DNA from: an uncultured Rhodospirillales bacterium | GTDB lineage: Bacteria; Pseudomonadota; Alphaproteobacteria; Rhodospirillales; Casp-alpha2 | Assembly: GCA_963974935.1 (NCBI GenBank) | Contig: CAXBEV010000008.1 | Location: forward strand, 21,322-85,321 | Direction of reading: 5' to 3' | DNA length: 64,000 bases | In this document: positions 17,023 through 27,568 of the stretch, piece after piece | Position numbering within the stretch: the first letter of the stretch is position 1 | Layout: each line of letters begins with the position of its first letter | Made by a program: the position numbers and the translations under genes | Notes under the pieces: generated by a model | Database searches by the model: none | What the model was told of the DNA's origin: nothing | Seen by the model: the letters and a program-made list of their open reading frames with translations, nothing else

Positions 17023-17439
17023 TCAGTCCATGCTGTCGAGTGCTTTTTGGAAGCGACCAGCATGGGACTTTTCAGCCTTCGCCAAGGTCTCAAACCAATC
17101 AGCGATCTCGTCAAAGCCTTCGTCGCGGGCGGTTTTCGCCATGCCTGGGTACATATCGGTGTACTCGTGGGTTTCACCAGCGATAGCGGCTTTCAGATTG
17201 TCGGAGGTTTCGCCGATCGGCTCACCGGTTGCCGGGTCGCCGACTTCCTCGAGGAACTCGAGGTGGCCGTGTGCGTGGCCGGTTTCACCTTCGGCGGTCG
17301 AGCGGAACACGGAAGCAACGTCGTTGTAGCCTTCTACGTCAGCCTTTTGCGCGAAATACAGATAGCGGCGGTTCGCTTGCGACTCGCCGGAAAATGCTTC
17401 TTTCAGGTTTTCTTCGGTTTTGCTGCCCTTGAGGGACAT
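17023..17439 (-). CDS. Rubrerythrin-family diiron protein (erythrin type, no rubredoxin domain)
   Basis: 138 aa with [23 protein letters not shown] and two ExxH pairs ([10 protein letters not shown] and [12 protein letters not shown]). Confidence 0.85.
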   Translation of the reverse strand: MSLKGSKTEENLKEAFSGESQANRRYLYFAQKADVEGYNDVASVFRSTAEGETGHAHGHLEFLEEVGDPATGEPIGETSDNLKAAIAGETHEYTDMYPGMAKTARDEGFDEIADWFETLAKAEKSHAGRFQKALDSMD

Positions 17440-17513
17440 GAGATCCTCCTTGCGTGTATCGTTCGATACGGATTTTAATTAAACACATGGCTATATAGCC
17501 TGTTCACCATAGC

Positions 17514-17542
17514 AATATGGTGTCAGCGCAAGGCAGAGTCAA
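17514..17542 (-). promoter_or_regulatory. Sigma70-like promoter candidate for the rubrerythrin operon (TTGACT-N17-CATATT)
   Basis: The -35 element is at 17537-17542 and the -10 element at 17514-17519. It lies about 70 nt upstream of the ATG at 17439. Confidence 0.4.
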
Positions 17543-17545
17543 TAA

Positions 17546-17562
17546 TTTAGAACAATTCTAAG
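17546..17562. promoter_or_regulatory. Iron control element (ICE), a putative Irr binding site
   Basis: TTTAGAACAATTCTAAG matches the ICE consensus TTTAGAA-N3-TTCTAAA at 16 of 17 positions. It sits immediately upstream of the -35 element and 14 nt from the irr stop codon. Confidence 0.7.
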
Positions 17563-17575
17563 GAAGATTTTTGAG

Positions 17576-17992
17576 TTAGTCTTCGCAGACCCGGACCACT
17601 ACGTCGACGCGGCTGATCTTTTGACCCTTCGGCGGGATTGGCAACTGCGCAACGACAACCTCGTCAGCGTTGATATCTTCGAGCCCACCATCTTTTTCAA
17701 AATAGAAATGGTGATGATCGCTGACGTTGGTATCGAAGTACGAACGCCCAGCGGAAATCACGATTTCCCGCAACAGCCCGACTTCGGTGAATTGGTGCAA
17801 CGTATTGTAAACGGTGGCCAGCGACACTGGCGAGGCGGCATTGATCACGTCACGATGCAAGTCTTCGGCGCAGACATGTTTGTCCGTGCCGTCGAACAGC
17901 AGGCCAGCCAAAGCAATCCGTTGGCGTGTCGGACGAAGGCCGACGGCACGCAGCTTTTCAATCACTTGAGCATATCGTTTTTCGTTGTTCAT
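17576..17992 (-). CDS. irr: Fur-family iron response regulator Irr
   Basis: 138 aa with a Fur-family winged helix (GLRPTRQR...SLATVYNTLHQF) and a DHHHFYF motif. It also shows the classic alphaproteobacterial linkage to fabA-fabB-fabI. Confidence 0.8.
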   Translation of the reverse strand: MNNEKRYAQVIEKLRAVGLRPTRQRIALAGLLFDGTDKHVCAEDLHRDVINAASPVSLATVYNTLHQFTEVGLLREIVISAGRSYFDTNVSDHHHFYFEKDGGLEDINADEVVVAQLPIPPKGQKISRVDVVVRVCED

Positions 17993-18059
17993 CAGTCGTA
18001 TTTAAGGACTTTCACGTGAAAATTCAATCCCACCAAGGTTTCCATAGAGGAGGGAGTGC

Positions 18060-18902
18060 CTAAGCGGGTTCGTCCGGCAGTGGGAACGGCACACCGACGA
18101 TATGATAGCCACTGTCCACGTGATGTATTTCACCGGTCACACTCAGCGATAAATCGGATAGCAAATACAAGGCCGAGCCGCCGATGTCATCAAGCTGCAC
18201 ATTGCGACGCAACGGTGCGTGCTTTTCGTTCCAGCGCAAGATATGGCGCGCACCGGCAATCGCACTGCCGGCCAACGTCCGCATAGGCCCAGCCGAGATC
18301 GCGTTGACACGAATGTTCTGCGGGCCAAGGTCGGACGCCAAATAACGGACGCTTGCCTCAAGGGCGGCCTTAGCCACACCCATCACATTGTAATTCGGCA
18401 CAACCCGCGTGGAGCCGAAGAACGACAACGCAATCATGCTGCCGCCATTGCTCATAAATGGCGCCGCATGCCGAGCCAATGCGGTAAACGAATAGCAAGA
18501 CACTTCCATTGTGCGGTGGAAGTTATCACGAGACGTATCTAAAAACCGACCCTTAAGTTCGTTCTTGTCGGAATATGCAACCGCATGCACGACAAAATCG
18601 ATACTGCCCCATGCGTCAGCACAGGCATCAACGGCGGCCTTGATCGACTCTTCGTCTTCAACGTCACACGGCACGATGATCTTGGAATCGATGCTTTCGG
18701 CAAGCGGGCGCACACGACGTTCCATCGCTTCGTTCTGATAGGTGAACGCAAGCTCGGCACCATGTGCGGTGAGCGTGTTCGCAATGCCCCAAGCGATCGA
18801 GCGATCATTGGCAACGCCCATGATCAAACCACGCTTGCCGGTCATTAAGTTGCTTTTAAGGGCGGCGCGCGATGCGCTGTCGGCTGGCTTATATTCGTCC
18901 AT
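18060..18902 (-). CDS. fabI: Enoyl-ACP reductase (NADH)
   Basis: 280 aa with GKRGLIMGVANDRSIAWGIA and an SDR-type Y/K region. The start could instead be the internal M at 18845. Confidence 0.9.
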   Translation of the reverse strand: MDEYKPADSASRAALKSNLMTGKRGLIMGVANDRSIAWGIANTLTAHGAELAFTYQNEAMERRVRPLAESIDSKIIVPCDVEDEESIKAAVDACADAWGSIDFVVHAVAYSDKNELKGRFLDTSRDNFHRTMEVSCYSFTALARHAAPFMSNGGSMIALSFFGSTRVVPNYNVMGVAKAALEASVRYLASDLGPQNIRVNAISAGPMRTLAGSAIAGARHILRWNEKHAPLRRNVQLDDIGGSALYLLSDLSLSVTGEIHHVDSGYHIVGVPFPLPDEPA

Positions 18903-18907
18903 ACTCT

Positions 18908-20128
18908 TTATGCCTCAAACCGCTTGAATGCCAACGTCGCGTTGGTGCCGCCAAAACCAAAGCTGTTCGACAACACACAATTCAACTCGGCATCATCAAT
19001 GCGCGTCGAGACGATATCCGCATCGCCGGCTTCCGGGTCCAAATTGTCGACATTGGCCGACGCGGCGATGAAATTATTGTTCATCATAATCAACGAATAA
19101 ATTGCTTCATGCGCGCCCGTCGCCCCTTGCGAATGACCGGTCAGCGATTTCGTTGAGGAGATTTTCGGACTGTGCGCACCAAAGACTTCTTGGATCGCCT
19201 TCACCTCGGTCATGTCGCCGGCGGGCGTCGACGTGCCGTGTGCGTTGATATAATCGACCTTGGTGTTGCCGAGGCCTGCGGTCGCCATCTGCATGCAGCG
19301 CCGGGCCCCTTCACCCGAAGGCGCGACCATGTCGACACCGTCAGACGTCGCGCCATAGCCAACGATCTCGCCGTAAATTTTCGCGCCGCGCGCTTTCGCG
19401 TGTTCAAGCTCTTCCAACACCACAACGCCGGCACCGCCTGCGATCACAAAACCATCGCGATCCACGTCAAACGGTCGCGACGCGCGCTCCGGTTGATCGT
19501 TAAATTTTGATGACAGCGCCCCCATAGCATCGAACAGAACCGTCAACGTCCAATGCAGTTCTTCAGCACCACCGGCAAAGACGACGTCTTGCTTGCCCCA
19601 CTGGATCAACTCAGCACCATTCCCAATGCAATGCGCACTGGTCGAGCAGGCTGACGAGATTGAATAGCTAAGACCGCGCATATGAAATGCAGTTGAAATA
19701 TTAGCCGACACGGTCGAACACATGGTTTTCGGCACCGCATAGGGGCCGATGCGCTTTGCGCCTTTTTCGCGTGCGGTATCTGCCGCCAAAACCTGCGCCG
19801 AAGTCGAAGGACCACCTGAACCCATGACCAAACCGGTGCGATCACTGGTAATGACAGAATCATCAAAACCGGAATCCGCAATCGCTTCTTTCATCGCAAC
19901 GTAGGCATAGGCGGCCCCGTCGCCCATGAAACGCCGCAATTTGCGGTCGATCATATCATCCATATCGATTTGCGGCGCGCCGTGCACGTGGGATCTAAAC
20001 CCCCGCTCGGCGTACTCTTCGCAATGCACGATACCTGATCGACCTGCACGCAGGCTTTCCGTGACCTGTGCGATGTCATTGCCGATGGGCGATACAATAC
20101 CCATCCCTGTTACTACGACACGTCTCAT
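18908..20128 (-). CDS. fabB: 3-oxoacyl-ACP synthase I
   Basis: 406 aa starting [17 protein letters not shown], with the active-site Cys in [12 protein letters not shown]. Confidence 0.9.
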   Translation of the reverse strand: MRRVVVTGMGIVSPIGNDIAQVTESLRAGRSGIVHCEEYAERGFRSHVHGAPQIDMDDMIDRKLRRFMGDGAAYAYVAMKEAIADSGFDDSVITSDRTGLVMGSGGPSTSAQVLAADTAREKGAKRIGPYAVPKTMCSTVSANISTAFHMRGLSYSISSACSTSAHCIGNGAELIQWGKQDVVFAGGAEELHWTLTVLFDAMGALSSKFNDQPERASRPFDVDRDGFVIAGGAGVVVLEELEHAKARGAKIYGEIVGYGATSDGVDMVAPSGEGARRCMQMATAGLGNTKVDYINAHGTSTPAGDMTEVKAIQEVFGAHSPKISSTKSLTGHSQGATGAHEAIYSLIMMNNNFIAASANVDNLDPEAGDADIVSTRIDDAELNCVLSNSFGFGGTNATLAFKRFEA

Positions 20129-20157
20129 ATCAACCTCACTGCCGTCATTTGTCGCCG

Positions 20158-20685
20158 TTAACCATCTGAGGTGAACAATGTCACCTTAAGATCGGATGCT
20201 TCGTACGCGACCTTGCCGTCGACCAGCATCACGCCGTCGGCGATACCGAGCGTGATCTTGCGACTCATTACGCGCTTAATATCAACGCGATATTCAACGA
20301 GCGAGCGGTCCGGCGTAACTTGGTCGGTAAATTTCACCTGGCCCACCCCAAGCGCACGCCCGCGACCCGGCGCACCGGTCCAACCAAGATAAAATCCGAC
20401 CATCTGCCACAAGGCATCAAGCCCGAGGCAGCCCGGCATCACCGGGTCGCCCTGAAAGTGGCAGCCGAAAAACCAAAGATCCGGCTTCACTTTAAGAGTC
20501 GCTTCAACCACGCCCTTACCGTGCGCCCCGCCATCTGCGCTGATATTCGTAATTTCATCGAACATCAGCATCGGCGGCAATGGTAATTGTGCGTTGCCGG
20601 GGCCGAATAACTCGCCACGCCCGCAACACAAAAGATCATCGTAAGAGTAACTGTTTTGCTGTGACAAAGAGATACGGTCCCTCAC
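20158..20685 (-). CDS. fabA: 3-hydroxydecanoyl-ACP dehydratase/isomerase
   Basis: 175 aa with the near-invariant FabA block [26 protein letters not shown]. The start is GTG at 20685, or possibly TTG at 20667. Confidence 0.9.
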   Translation of the reverse strand: MRDRISLSQQNSYSYDDLLCCGRGELFGPGNAQLPLPPMLMFDEITNISADGGAHGKGVVEATLKVKPDLWFFGCHFQGDPVMPGCLGLDALWQMVGFYLGWTGAPGRGRALGVGQVKFTDQVTPDRSLVEYRVDIKRVMSRKITLGIADGVMLVDGKVAYEASDLKVTLFTSDG

Positions 20686-20901
20686 CTGTCGACCCGAAGC
20701 AGGGAAATTCGATACAAAGCTAATCGCCCCCTGCCGATTTATTATACCGCATCAATAAGCGAAAACGGCGTTCCGTGCACGAAAAAATACCACATTCGGA
20801 TGAACGTTGCTCATTAAAGAAATGGCGAGGCGGCGACCATAAAAGCCGCCGCCCCTAACCTATCTTCTCAGACACGTGATAAGTATCCGCGTATTCAGCG
20901 A

Positions 20902-23055
20902 TTAATCGCGCTTCTTCTTCTCGGCAACTTGGTCGCTGATGTCTTCGCCGGTCTCTTGATTGACGACACGCATCGACAGCTTAACTTTGCCGCGATCATC
21001 AATGCCGATCAATTTGACCTTGATCTCGTCACCTTCGTTGATGACGTCGGTGACCTTTTCAACGCGACTGTCGGTCAATTCCGAGATGTGAACCAGGCCG
21101 TCACGTGGGCCGAGGAAGTTCACAAACGCGCCAAAATCAACGACTTTCACGACTTTGCCGTCATAGATCGTCCCGACTTCGGGCTCAGCAACGATGTTAC
21201 GGATCATGTCGGCCGCTTTGCTTGCAGCCGTCTCATCAACCGCAGCGATCCGCACGGTGCCATCATCTTCAACGTCGATCTTGGCGCCGGTGGTTTCGCA
21301 GATTTCACGGATCATCTTGCCGCCCGGGCCGATGATGTCGCGAATCTTTTCTGGATTGATCTTCATCTGCGTGATGCGCGGCGCGTTCTGGCTAACCGAA
21401 TCCCGCGAGTTGGTAAGCGCTTTGGCCATTTCATCCAGAATGTGCATGCGGCCTTCTTGAGCTTGGCCCAACGCAATTTGCATGATTTCTTCGGTGATGG
21501 ACGTGATCTTAATGTCCATCTGCAACGACGTAATGCCGTCTGCCGTGCCCGCAACCTTAAAGTCCATATCGCCCAGGTGGTCTTCGTCACCCAAGATGTC
21601 GGAAAGCACTGCGTAACGCTCGCCTTCCTTGATCAGGCCCATGGCGATGCCGGCAACCGGGCGCGGCAACGGCACACCGGCATCCATCATCGACAATGAC
21701 GTACCGCAAACCGTCGCCATCGACGACGAACCGTTGGATTCGGTGACGTCAGACACGACACGCATGGTGTAGGGGAATTCGTCTTTCGACGGCATCACCG
21801 GATGAATAGCGCGCCATGCCAGCTTACCGTGACCGACTTCACGACGACCGGTAAAGCCGAAACGGCCAGCTTCGCCAACCGAGAACGGTGGGAAGTTATA
21901 GTGCAGCATGAAGTGCTCACGATAGTTGTCGGCAAGGCCGTCAACGATCTGCTCGTCCTGACCGGTGCCGAGCGTGGTCGTCACCAAGGCCTGGGTTTCA
22001 CCCCGGGTGAACAGGGCCGAGCCATGCGCACGCGGCAAGATGCCGACTTCGGATGCAATCGAGCGAACGGTCTTGGTGTCACGACCATCAATGCGCAAAC
22101 CCGTGTCCAAGATATCGTTACGGACGATATCTTTTTCGAGATTCTTCATTGTATCGCTCATAATGTCTTTGAGCAGGCCTTGATCAATGCTGTCGTCACC
22201 GGCGAGCTTTTCAGCAACCGCTTTTTTGACTTCAGAAAGTTTTGCTTGGCGATCCGACTTCACTTTGATGCCATAAGCGGCACGCAGGTCGTCAGCAGCA
22301 GCAGCAGCGATCTTTTGCTTGATCTCGTCGATACCGGCTGGTGCTTGCGGCACATCAATCGGGTCTTTCGCACATGCTTCGGCAAGATCAATGATCGCAT
22401 CAATCACCGGCTGGAAGCCACGATGACCAAACATCACGGCGTCGAGCATCTGTTGCTCGGAAAGCTCGCTGGCTTCCGATTCAACCATCAAAACGCCTTC
22501 TTGCGTACCGGCGACGATCAAGTCGAGATCGCTTTCAGCCATCTGTGCCAGTGTCGGGTTGAGCACAAGCTCACCGCCGACGCGACCAACACGTGTACCA
22601 CCAATTGGGCCCATGAACGGCAGACCGGAAATCGTCAGTGCCGCAGACGTGCCGATCATCGCCAAGATGTCGGTTTCGTTTTCGAGATCGTGCGAGACGA
22701 CGGTACAGATTACCTGGGTTTCGTTTTTAAAGCCCTTGGCAAACAACGGACGAATTGGACGGTCGATCAAGCGGGACGTCAGGGTCTCGCGCTCGCTCGG
22801 ACGGCCTTCACGCTTGAAAAAGCCACCCGGAATTTTACCGGCAGCAAATGCTTTTTCCACGTAATGGACCGAAAGCGGGAAGAAATCGAGGCCGGGCTTC
22901 GGCGACTTTTCACCAACAACCGTGCACAGCACTTTGCTCTCGCCGAGCGTCGCCATGACCGCACCATCTGCTTGACGTGCTATCTTGCCGGTTTCCAGCA
23001 CCAACGTCTGGCCTGCCCATTCGATCTCTTTACGGAATTCTTTAAACATACTCAT
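20902..23055 (-). CDS. pnp: Polyribonucleotide nucleotidyltransferase (PNPase)
   Basis: The start is trimmed to the ATG at 23055 ([16 protein letters not shown]), with GAGGAAG upstream. The gene is 717 aa, with two RNase PH domains plus KH and S1 domains. Confidence 0.95.
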   Translation of the reverse strand: MSMFKEFRKEIEWAGQTLVLETGKIARQADGAVMATLGESKVLCTVVGEKSPKPGLDFFPLSVHYVEKAFAAGKIPGGFFKREGRPSERETLTSRLIDRPIRPLFAKGFKNETQVICTVVSHDLENETDILAMIGTSAALTISGLPFMGPIGGTRVGRVGGELVLNPTLAQMAESDLDLIVAGTQEGVLMVESEASELSEQQMLDAVMFGHRGFQPVIDAIIDLAEACAKDPIDVPQAPAGIDEIKQKIAAAAADDLRAAYGIKVKSDRQAKLSEVKKAVAEKLAGDDSIDQGLLKDIMSDTMKNLEKDIVRNDILDTGLRIDGRDTKTVRSIASEVGILPRAHGSALFTRGETQALVTTTLGTGQDEQIVDGLADNYREHFMLHYNFPPFSVGEAGRFGFTGRREVGHGKLAWRAIHPVMPSKDEFPYTMRVVSDVTESNGSSSMATVCGTSLSMMDAGVPLPRPVAGIAMGLIKEGERYAVLSDILGDEDHLGDMDFKVAGTADGITSLQMDIKITSITEEIMQIALGQAQEGRMHILDEMAKALTNSRDSVSQNAPRITQMKINPEKIRDIIGPGGKMIREICETTGAKIDVEDDGTVRIAAVDETAASKAADMIRNIVAEPEVGTIYDGKVVKVVDFGAFVNFLGPRDGLVHISELTDSRVEKVTDVINEGDEIKVKLIGIDDRGKVKLSMRVVNQETGEDISDQVAEKKKRD

Positions 23056-23189
23056 TTGTACTTCCTCATCATCGTACGTACGGCGCCGGTGCCTCCATGG
23101 CACGGCGCGGCCCTACAGCCACCTTGGCCGCAGGTGGACGTGAAGCCGAAAACATTCTTCCAGGTGACTGAAAACCATGCAGCGGCTTA

Positions 23190-23227
23190 CGCCGAAAGGG
23201 CAGCAACCGCTCATTCGGTGCTGCCCC
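23190..23227 (-). terminator. rpsO terminator/attenuator hairpin at the start of the pnp leader
   Basis: Minus-strand RNA reads GGGCAGCA...UGCUGCCC (8-bp stem) followed by UUUCGG, a short U tract. Confidence 0.45.
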
Positions 23228-23238
23228 AATTTGCCGCC

Positions 23239-23508
23239 TTAGCGGCGCAGACCCAGGCGTTTCACCAGGGCTTCGTAACGCTTGCTGTCTTTCTTGCGCA
23301 AATAGTCAAGAAGACGACGGCGTTGACCGACCATCATCAACAGACCACGGCGGGAATGGAAATCCTTGCCATGAATCTTGAGATGTTCGGTAAGGTTCGT
23401 GATCCGCTCGGTAAGAACGGCAACTTGCACATCTGCAGAACCGGTATCGCCATCTTTGACGGCGAATTCTTTAATCAGTTCCTGCTTACGTTCAGCAGTA
23501 ATCGACAT
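23239..23508 (-). CDS. rpsO: 30S ribosomal protein S15
   Basis: 89 aa with [15 protein letters not shown]...[20 protein letters not shown]. Confidence 0.97.
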   Translation of the reverse strand: MSITAERKQELIKEFAVKDGDTGSADVQVAVLTERITNLTEHLKIHGKDFHSRRGLLMMVGQRRRLLDYLRKKDSKRYEALVKRLGLRR

Positions 23509-23522
23509 CGCAATCTCCTAAA

Positions 23523-24458
23523 TCAAAGGTTCATTAAACGCAGAGGACGAATTTCGCCACCTGCGATACGCGCCAACCCCAGCAAAGTGCCCGCGGCCGT
23601 CACTTGGACGACATCCCCTTGGCTAATTAGACCTTGGGGGGACCTTTGCGCCACAGGCAGAACCGGTATGGCCTGACCATGTTTGAGCCGGTGCGCTTCT
23701 TGCTCCGTCAAAGCCAGTGCCGGGATGTCGTCCAGCACGGTTTCAACAGGGAGCAAATGCTCAGCGAGAAGCGTCGCCACGTTACCACCTTCGTTCTCTT
23801 CAAAGACTTGTAACGGCACGGCCATTTCTTCAGAGAAAGGGCCGACAGCGGTGCGTCTGAGGCGCCTTATATGCCCCTCGCACCCCAAGTGCAAGGCCAG
23901 ATCACGCGCTAGCGCGCGCACATACGTGCCCTTGCCACAGTCCATTTCAAAGGCCGCGTGATCTGGGTCCGGCACATCCATCAACCGAATATCATCAATT
24001 TGGACAATCCGGGACGCGATTTCGACCGTTTCGTCCCGCCGCGCCTTTTTATAAGCGCGCTCACCATCGATCTTCACGGCTGAATATGCCGGGGGAATCT
24101 GCGAGATTTCACCGATAAACGTCGGCAATGCTTCAAGAATTGCCGCCTTACTGGGTCGCACGTCAGAAGAAGCCGTCACCTCTCCTTCCGCATCCTGAGT
24201 TGCCGTGCTGTCACCCCAGCGAATAGTGAATTCGTATGTCTTATGGCCGTCCATGGCCCATTGCTGGGTTTTTGTCGCTTCGCCCAGCGCAATCGGCAAG
24301 ATACCACTGGCCAATGGATCCAGTGTACCGCCATGACCAACCTTCGCCGCGTTGGTGAGCCGCTTAATGCGTCCGACACAGGTGTTCGAGGACGGCCCTA
24401 CAGGCTTATCGAGCACGAGCCAGCCGTGAATCGGGTCGCCCTTGCGCCGACGACCCAT
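23523..24458 (-). CDS. truB: tRNA pseudouridine(55) synthase
   Basis: 311 aa with the catalytic motif GHGGTLDPLASGILPI. Confidence 0.95.
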   Translation of the reverse strand: MGRRRKGDPIHGWLVLDKPVGPSSNTCVGRIKRLTNAAKVGHGGTLDPLASGILPIALGEATKTQQWAMDGHKTYEFTIRWGDSTATQDAEGEVTASSDVRPSKAAILEALPTFIGEISQIPPAYSAVKIDGERAYKKARRDETVEIASRIVQIDDIRLMDVPDPDHAAFEMDCGKGTYVRALARDLALHLGCEGHIRRLRRTAVGPFSEEMAVPLQVFEENEGGNVATLLAEHLLPVETVLDDIPALALTEQEAHRLKHGQAIPVLPVAQRSPQGLISQGDVVQVTAAGTLLGLARIAGGEIRPLRLMNL

Positions 24459-24872
24459 TCAGGCGTCGTCCTCTTCATCTGCATGGTCACGATTAATATC
24501 TTGGGCGACCTGCGGATTGCGCATCACCCGGTCAATCCGATCCGCTTCATCGAATGAGGTATCGGCCTGAAACGACAACCGGGGCACATGGCGCAGACGC
24601 ACGTTGCGGCCGACATAGGTCCGCAGAAATCCAGCCGCACGGTTCAAAACATCGACCGTGTCACCAAGATCGCCACCACCCAGCGGCACCACGAACGCCG
24701 TTGCGTTCTTAAGGTCAGGACTGATGCGAACTTCGGTCACGGTCAGAGAGCGCCCGGCCAGGGCCGGGTCGTGCACTTCGCCGCGCTCAAACGCGAGCGC
24801 CAACGTGTGGCGAATTTCTTCGCCAACCCGGAGTTGGCGTTGTGTCGGCGCGCGATCTGATTGGCGAGACAT
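24459..24872 (-). CDS. rbfA: Ribosome-binding factor A
   Basis: 137 aa with QRQLRVGEEIRH...VTEVRISPDLKNA. It directly abuts truB. Confidence 0.9.
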   Translation of the reverse strand: MSRQSDRAPTQRQLRVGEEIRHTLALAFERGEVHDPALAGRSLTVTEVRISPDLKNATAFVVPLGGGDLGDTVDVLNRAAGFLRTYVGRNVRLRHVPRLSFQADTSFDEADRIDRVMRNPQVAQDINRDHADEEDDA

Positions 24873-24922
24873 ACGATACCTTAAGAACGGCCGCGTCCGA
24901 GGCCCTTAAGCGGGCTCACGGA

Positions 24923-27568
24923 TCACAAATGGCGGCTGGTTTCCTTGACCTCGAAACACTCGATAAGGTCGCCAACCTGAATATCGTTGTAGTTGGCGAA
25001 CGCCATACCGCATTCGTAGCCTTCTTTAACTTCGCGCACGTCATCCTTGAAGCGCTTGAGCTGGCTGAGATCACCCTCGTGCACAACCACGTCGTCACGC
25101 AACAAGCGAACCTTGGCGCCCCGTTTGACCGTGCCTTCGGTGATCATACAACCGGCGACTTTGCCGACCTTGGTGATCGAGAACACTTCGCGGATTTGCG
25201 CGTAGCCCAAAAGTTCTTCGGAAACATCCGGCGCCAACATGCCAGACAGCATCTGCTTCACGTCATCGGTCAGGTTATATATGATCGAATAGTAACGCAT
25301 ATCGACGCCGTCGCGTTTCGCAGCTTCGCGTGCCTGCGGGTTAGCGCGAACGTTAAAACCGATCACCAGCGCATTCGAAGCGCGCGCCAAAGTCACATCG
25401 GATTCGTTGATGCCACCGACGCCAGAGTGCAGGATTTGCACCTCGACCTCGCTGGTGCCCATATTCTTGAGCGCACCAAGAATGGCTTCCAACGACCCGT
25501 GTACGTCGGCTTTGACGACCACCGGCAGAAGTTGCGCTTCGCCTTCTTTGATCTTTTCAAACATCTGCTCAAGCGTCCCGCGACCGCTGGCAGCAGCCCG
25601 AGTATCACGTTCGCGGCGCTGACGGAATTCCGTCACCTCGCGGGCTTTGTTTTCGCTCTCAACGACAATCACATCATCGCCGGCCATTGGCGTGCCGTTC
25701 AGGCCGAGCACTTCAGCAGGCATCGACGGGCCGACTTTATCGAGCTTATTGCCGCTGGCATCCGTCAGTGCACGGACACGACCCCACTCGGCGCCGGCGA
25801 CGAAAATATCGCCGACATTCAGGGTGCCGCGTTGCACCAAGACCGTGGCCACAGAACCGCGGCCTTGTTCCATCTTGGATTCAACGACCACACCTTCTGC
25901 CGCGCGGTTCGGGTTTGCTTTCAGATCCAGCAGTTCCGCCTGCAGCGTGATCACTTCCAACAGTCGATCAAGGTTGGTGCGCTTAAGCGCCGAAACAGGC
26001 ACGCACAACACGTCACCGCCCATATCCTCTACTTGGATGTCGTGGCTCAGCAGGTCAGTCTTGATTTTATCCGGATTTGCGTCCGGCTTATCGATCTTGT
26101 TGACCGCAACGATAATCGGCACCCCTGCCGCTTTGGCATGGTGAATGGCTTCAATCGTCTGCGGCATAATACCGTCGTCTGCGGCGACACAAAGCACCAC
26201 GATATCGGTCACCTTAGCGCCACGCGCACGCATTTCAGAGAACGCGGCGTGGCCAGGTGTATCAATAAACGTGATCGCGTTGCCGGTCGGTGTCACGACT
26301 TGATAGGCACCGATGTGCTGCGTAATGCCGCCGGCTTCGTGATTGGCAACATTGCTTTCACGGAGTGCGTCCAACAACGATGTCTTGCCATGGTCGACGT
26401 GACCCATAACGGTGACGACCGGTGCGCGTGACACCATATCACCTTCAATGTCCGACGTGCCCAGGCTCAGACTGTCTTCGACGTCGGCTTCACTGACCCG
26501 CTTTACGCGGTGGCCGAATTCCTGCACCACCAGTTCACCGGTGTCGCCATCGATACTTTGAGTGATCGTCGCCATGACGCCCATTTCCATGAGCTTCTTA
26601 ACCACTTCACCGCCACGCTCGGCCATACGGTTGGCAAGTTCTTGGACGGTAATTGTTTCCGGCACGACGACATCACGAATGACTTTTGTCCCCTCAGAAC
26701 GGAGTTCACGTTGTTTCTCTTTATCGCGCTCGCGTTGGCGCTTCACCGAAGCCAGCGAACGACGATGTTCTTCCATTTCCTCGAAAGATTCCGCTTCAGC
26801 GATGGTGAGCTTGCCTTTGCGGCGACGCTCATCACCACGGCCTTTGCCGGGTGATGGCTTTTTTGCATCGACTTTTGTCAGTTTTGCGCCTTTGCGCGCA
26901 TCCGACTCATCATCGCCGTATTTATCGTCCGGCACACGCGCATCGGCGCGGCTGCTGTCTTTAGCGGCGTCCTTAGCGACTTCTTTGTCTCGCTGCTTGC
27001 GCTCTTCTTCAAGACGCTTGGTTTCTTCTTCCTGCGCCAAGCGGATCGCAGCTTCTTCGGCGGTCTCTTCGACCTCAGCAGCGACCTCAGCGGCGGCGGC
27101 CTTCGCGGCAGCAGCGGCCTCAGCAGCTTCGGCACGGCCAAAATCAGATACCTGCGGACGACCACGCCCACTCGGGGCCGGTCCCGACTCATCGTCACTA
27201 TGACGTGCGGTTTCCAGCGCACGCATGCGTGCCTCACGCTCACCTTCAGTCAAGTTCGACAGATTCGCGCGCTCAGGCTCGTCAACAACGACCGGCGGCA
27301 GCGACGGTGCCTGAACCTCTTCTTCAACCGGCGCGCTCTCGGTGAGTGTCGCACCAAGCAGATCTGCCTTCACCTCGGACATTTCGCCCTTCGGGTCGGT
27401 CACAAAGGTCCGTTTGCGTTTTTTCTCGACCGCCACCATCTTCGAGCGACCATGCGAGAAGTTTTGCTTCACCTGACCGGCTTCGATGGTTTTATTCAAC
27501 TCCAAACGGCCCGGACTCGAGAGTCCCAAGCGTTTTTTGCCGTTGTCGGTTTCTTTCGCGTCACTCAT
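24923..27568 (-). CDS. infB: Translation initiation factor IF-2
   Basis: 881 aa with a GTPase domain ([24 protein letters not shown]) and a low-complexity Ala/Glu/Lys-rich N-terminal half. Confidence 0.97.
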   Translation of the reverse strand: MSDAKETDNGKKRLGLSSPGRLELNKTIEAGQVKQNFSHGRSKMVAVEKKRKRTFVTDPKGEMSEVKADLLGATLTESAPVEEEVQAPSLPPVVVDEPERANLSNLTEGEREARMRALETARHSDDESGPAPSGRGRPQVSDFGRAEAAEAAAAAKAAAAEVAAEVEETAEEAAIRLAQEEETKRLEEERKQRDKEVAKDAAKDSSRADARVPDDKYGDDESDARKGAKLTKVDAKKPSPGKGRGDERRRKGKLTIAEAESFEEMEEHRRSLASVKRQRERDKEKQRELRSEGTKVIRDVVVPETITVQELANRMAERGGEVVKKLMEMGVMATITQSIDGDTGELVVQEFGHRVKRVSEADVEDSLSLGTSDIEGDMVSRAPVVTVMGHVDHGKTSLLDALRESNVANHEAGGITQHIGAYQVVTPTGNAITFIDTPGHAAFSEMRARGAKVTDIVVLCVAADDGIMPQTIEAIHHAKAAGVPIIVAVNKIDKPDANPDKIKTDLLSHDIQVEDMGGDVLCVPVSALKRTNLDRLLEVITLQAELLDLKANPNRAAEGVVVESKMEQGRGSVATVLVQRGTLNVGDIFVAGAEWGRVRALTDASGNKLDKVGPSMPAEVLGLNGTPMAGDDVIVVESENKAREVTEFRQRRERDTRAAASGRGTLEQMFEKIKEGEAQLLPVVVKADVHGSLEAILGALKNMGTSEVEVQILHSGVGGINESDVTLARASNALVIGFNVRANPQAREAAKRDGVDMRYYSIIYNLTDDVKQMLSGMLAPDVSEELLGYAQIREVFSITKVGKVAGCMITEGTVKRGAKVRLLRDDVVVHEGDLSQLKRFKDDVREVKEGYECGMAFANYNDIQVGDLIECFEVKETSRHL

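Noticed and set aside
15575-17177. 5' extensions of the DUF3501 ORF (to 15763) and of the Fe-S protein ORF (to 17177)
   Set aside because: The extensions overlap the upstream genes and are Arg/Ser/Pro-rich junk. Internal ATGs at 15574 and 16931 each have an AGGAGA SD at ideal spacing.
21802-23676. 624-aa plus-strand ORF spanning pnp, rpsO and truB
   Set aside because: It is antisense to three unmistakable conserved genes. The predicted protein is low-complexity (Arg/His/Ala/Thr-rich) and has no recognisable motif. This is a typical mirror ORF in GC-rich DNA.
27040-27135. The repetitive GCNGCN-rich stretch, considered as a tandem repeat or array
   Set aside because: It is in-frame coding sequence for the Ala/Glu-rich low-complexity N-terminal region of IF-2 ([21 protein letters not shown]). 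It is not a spacer-repeat structure.
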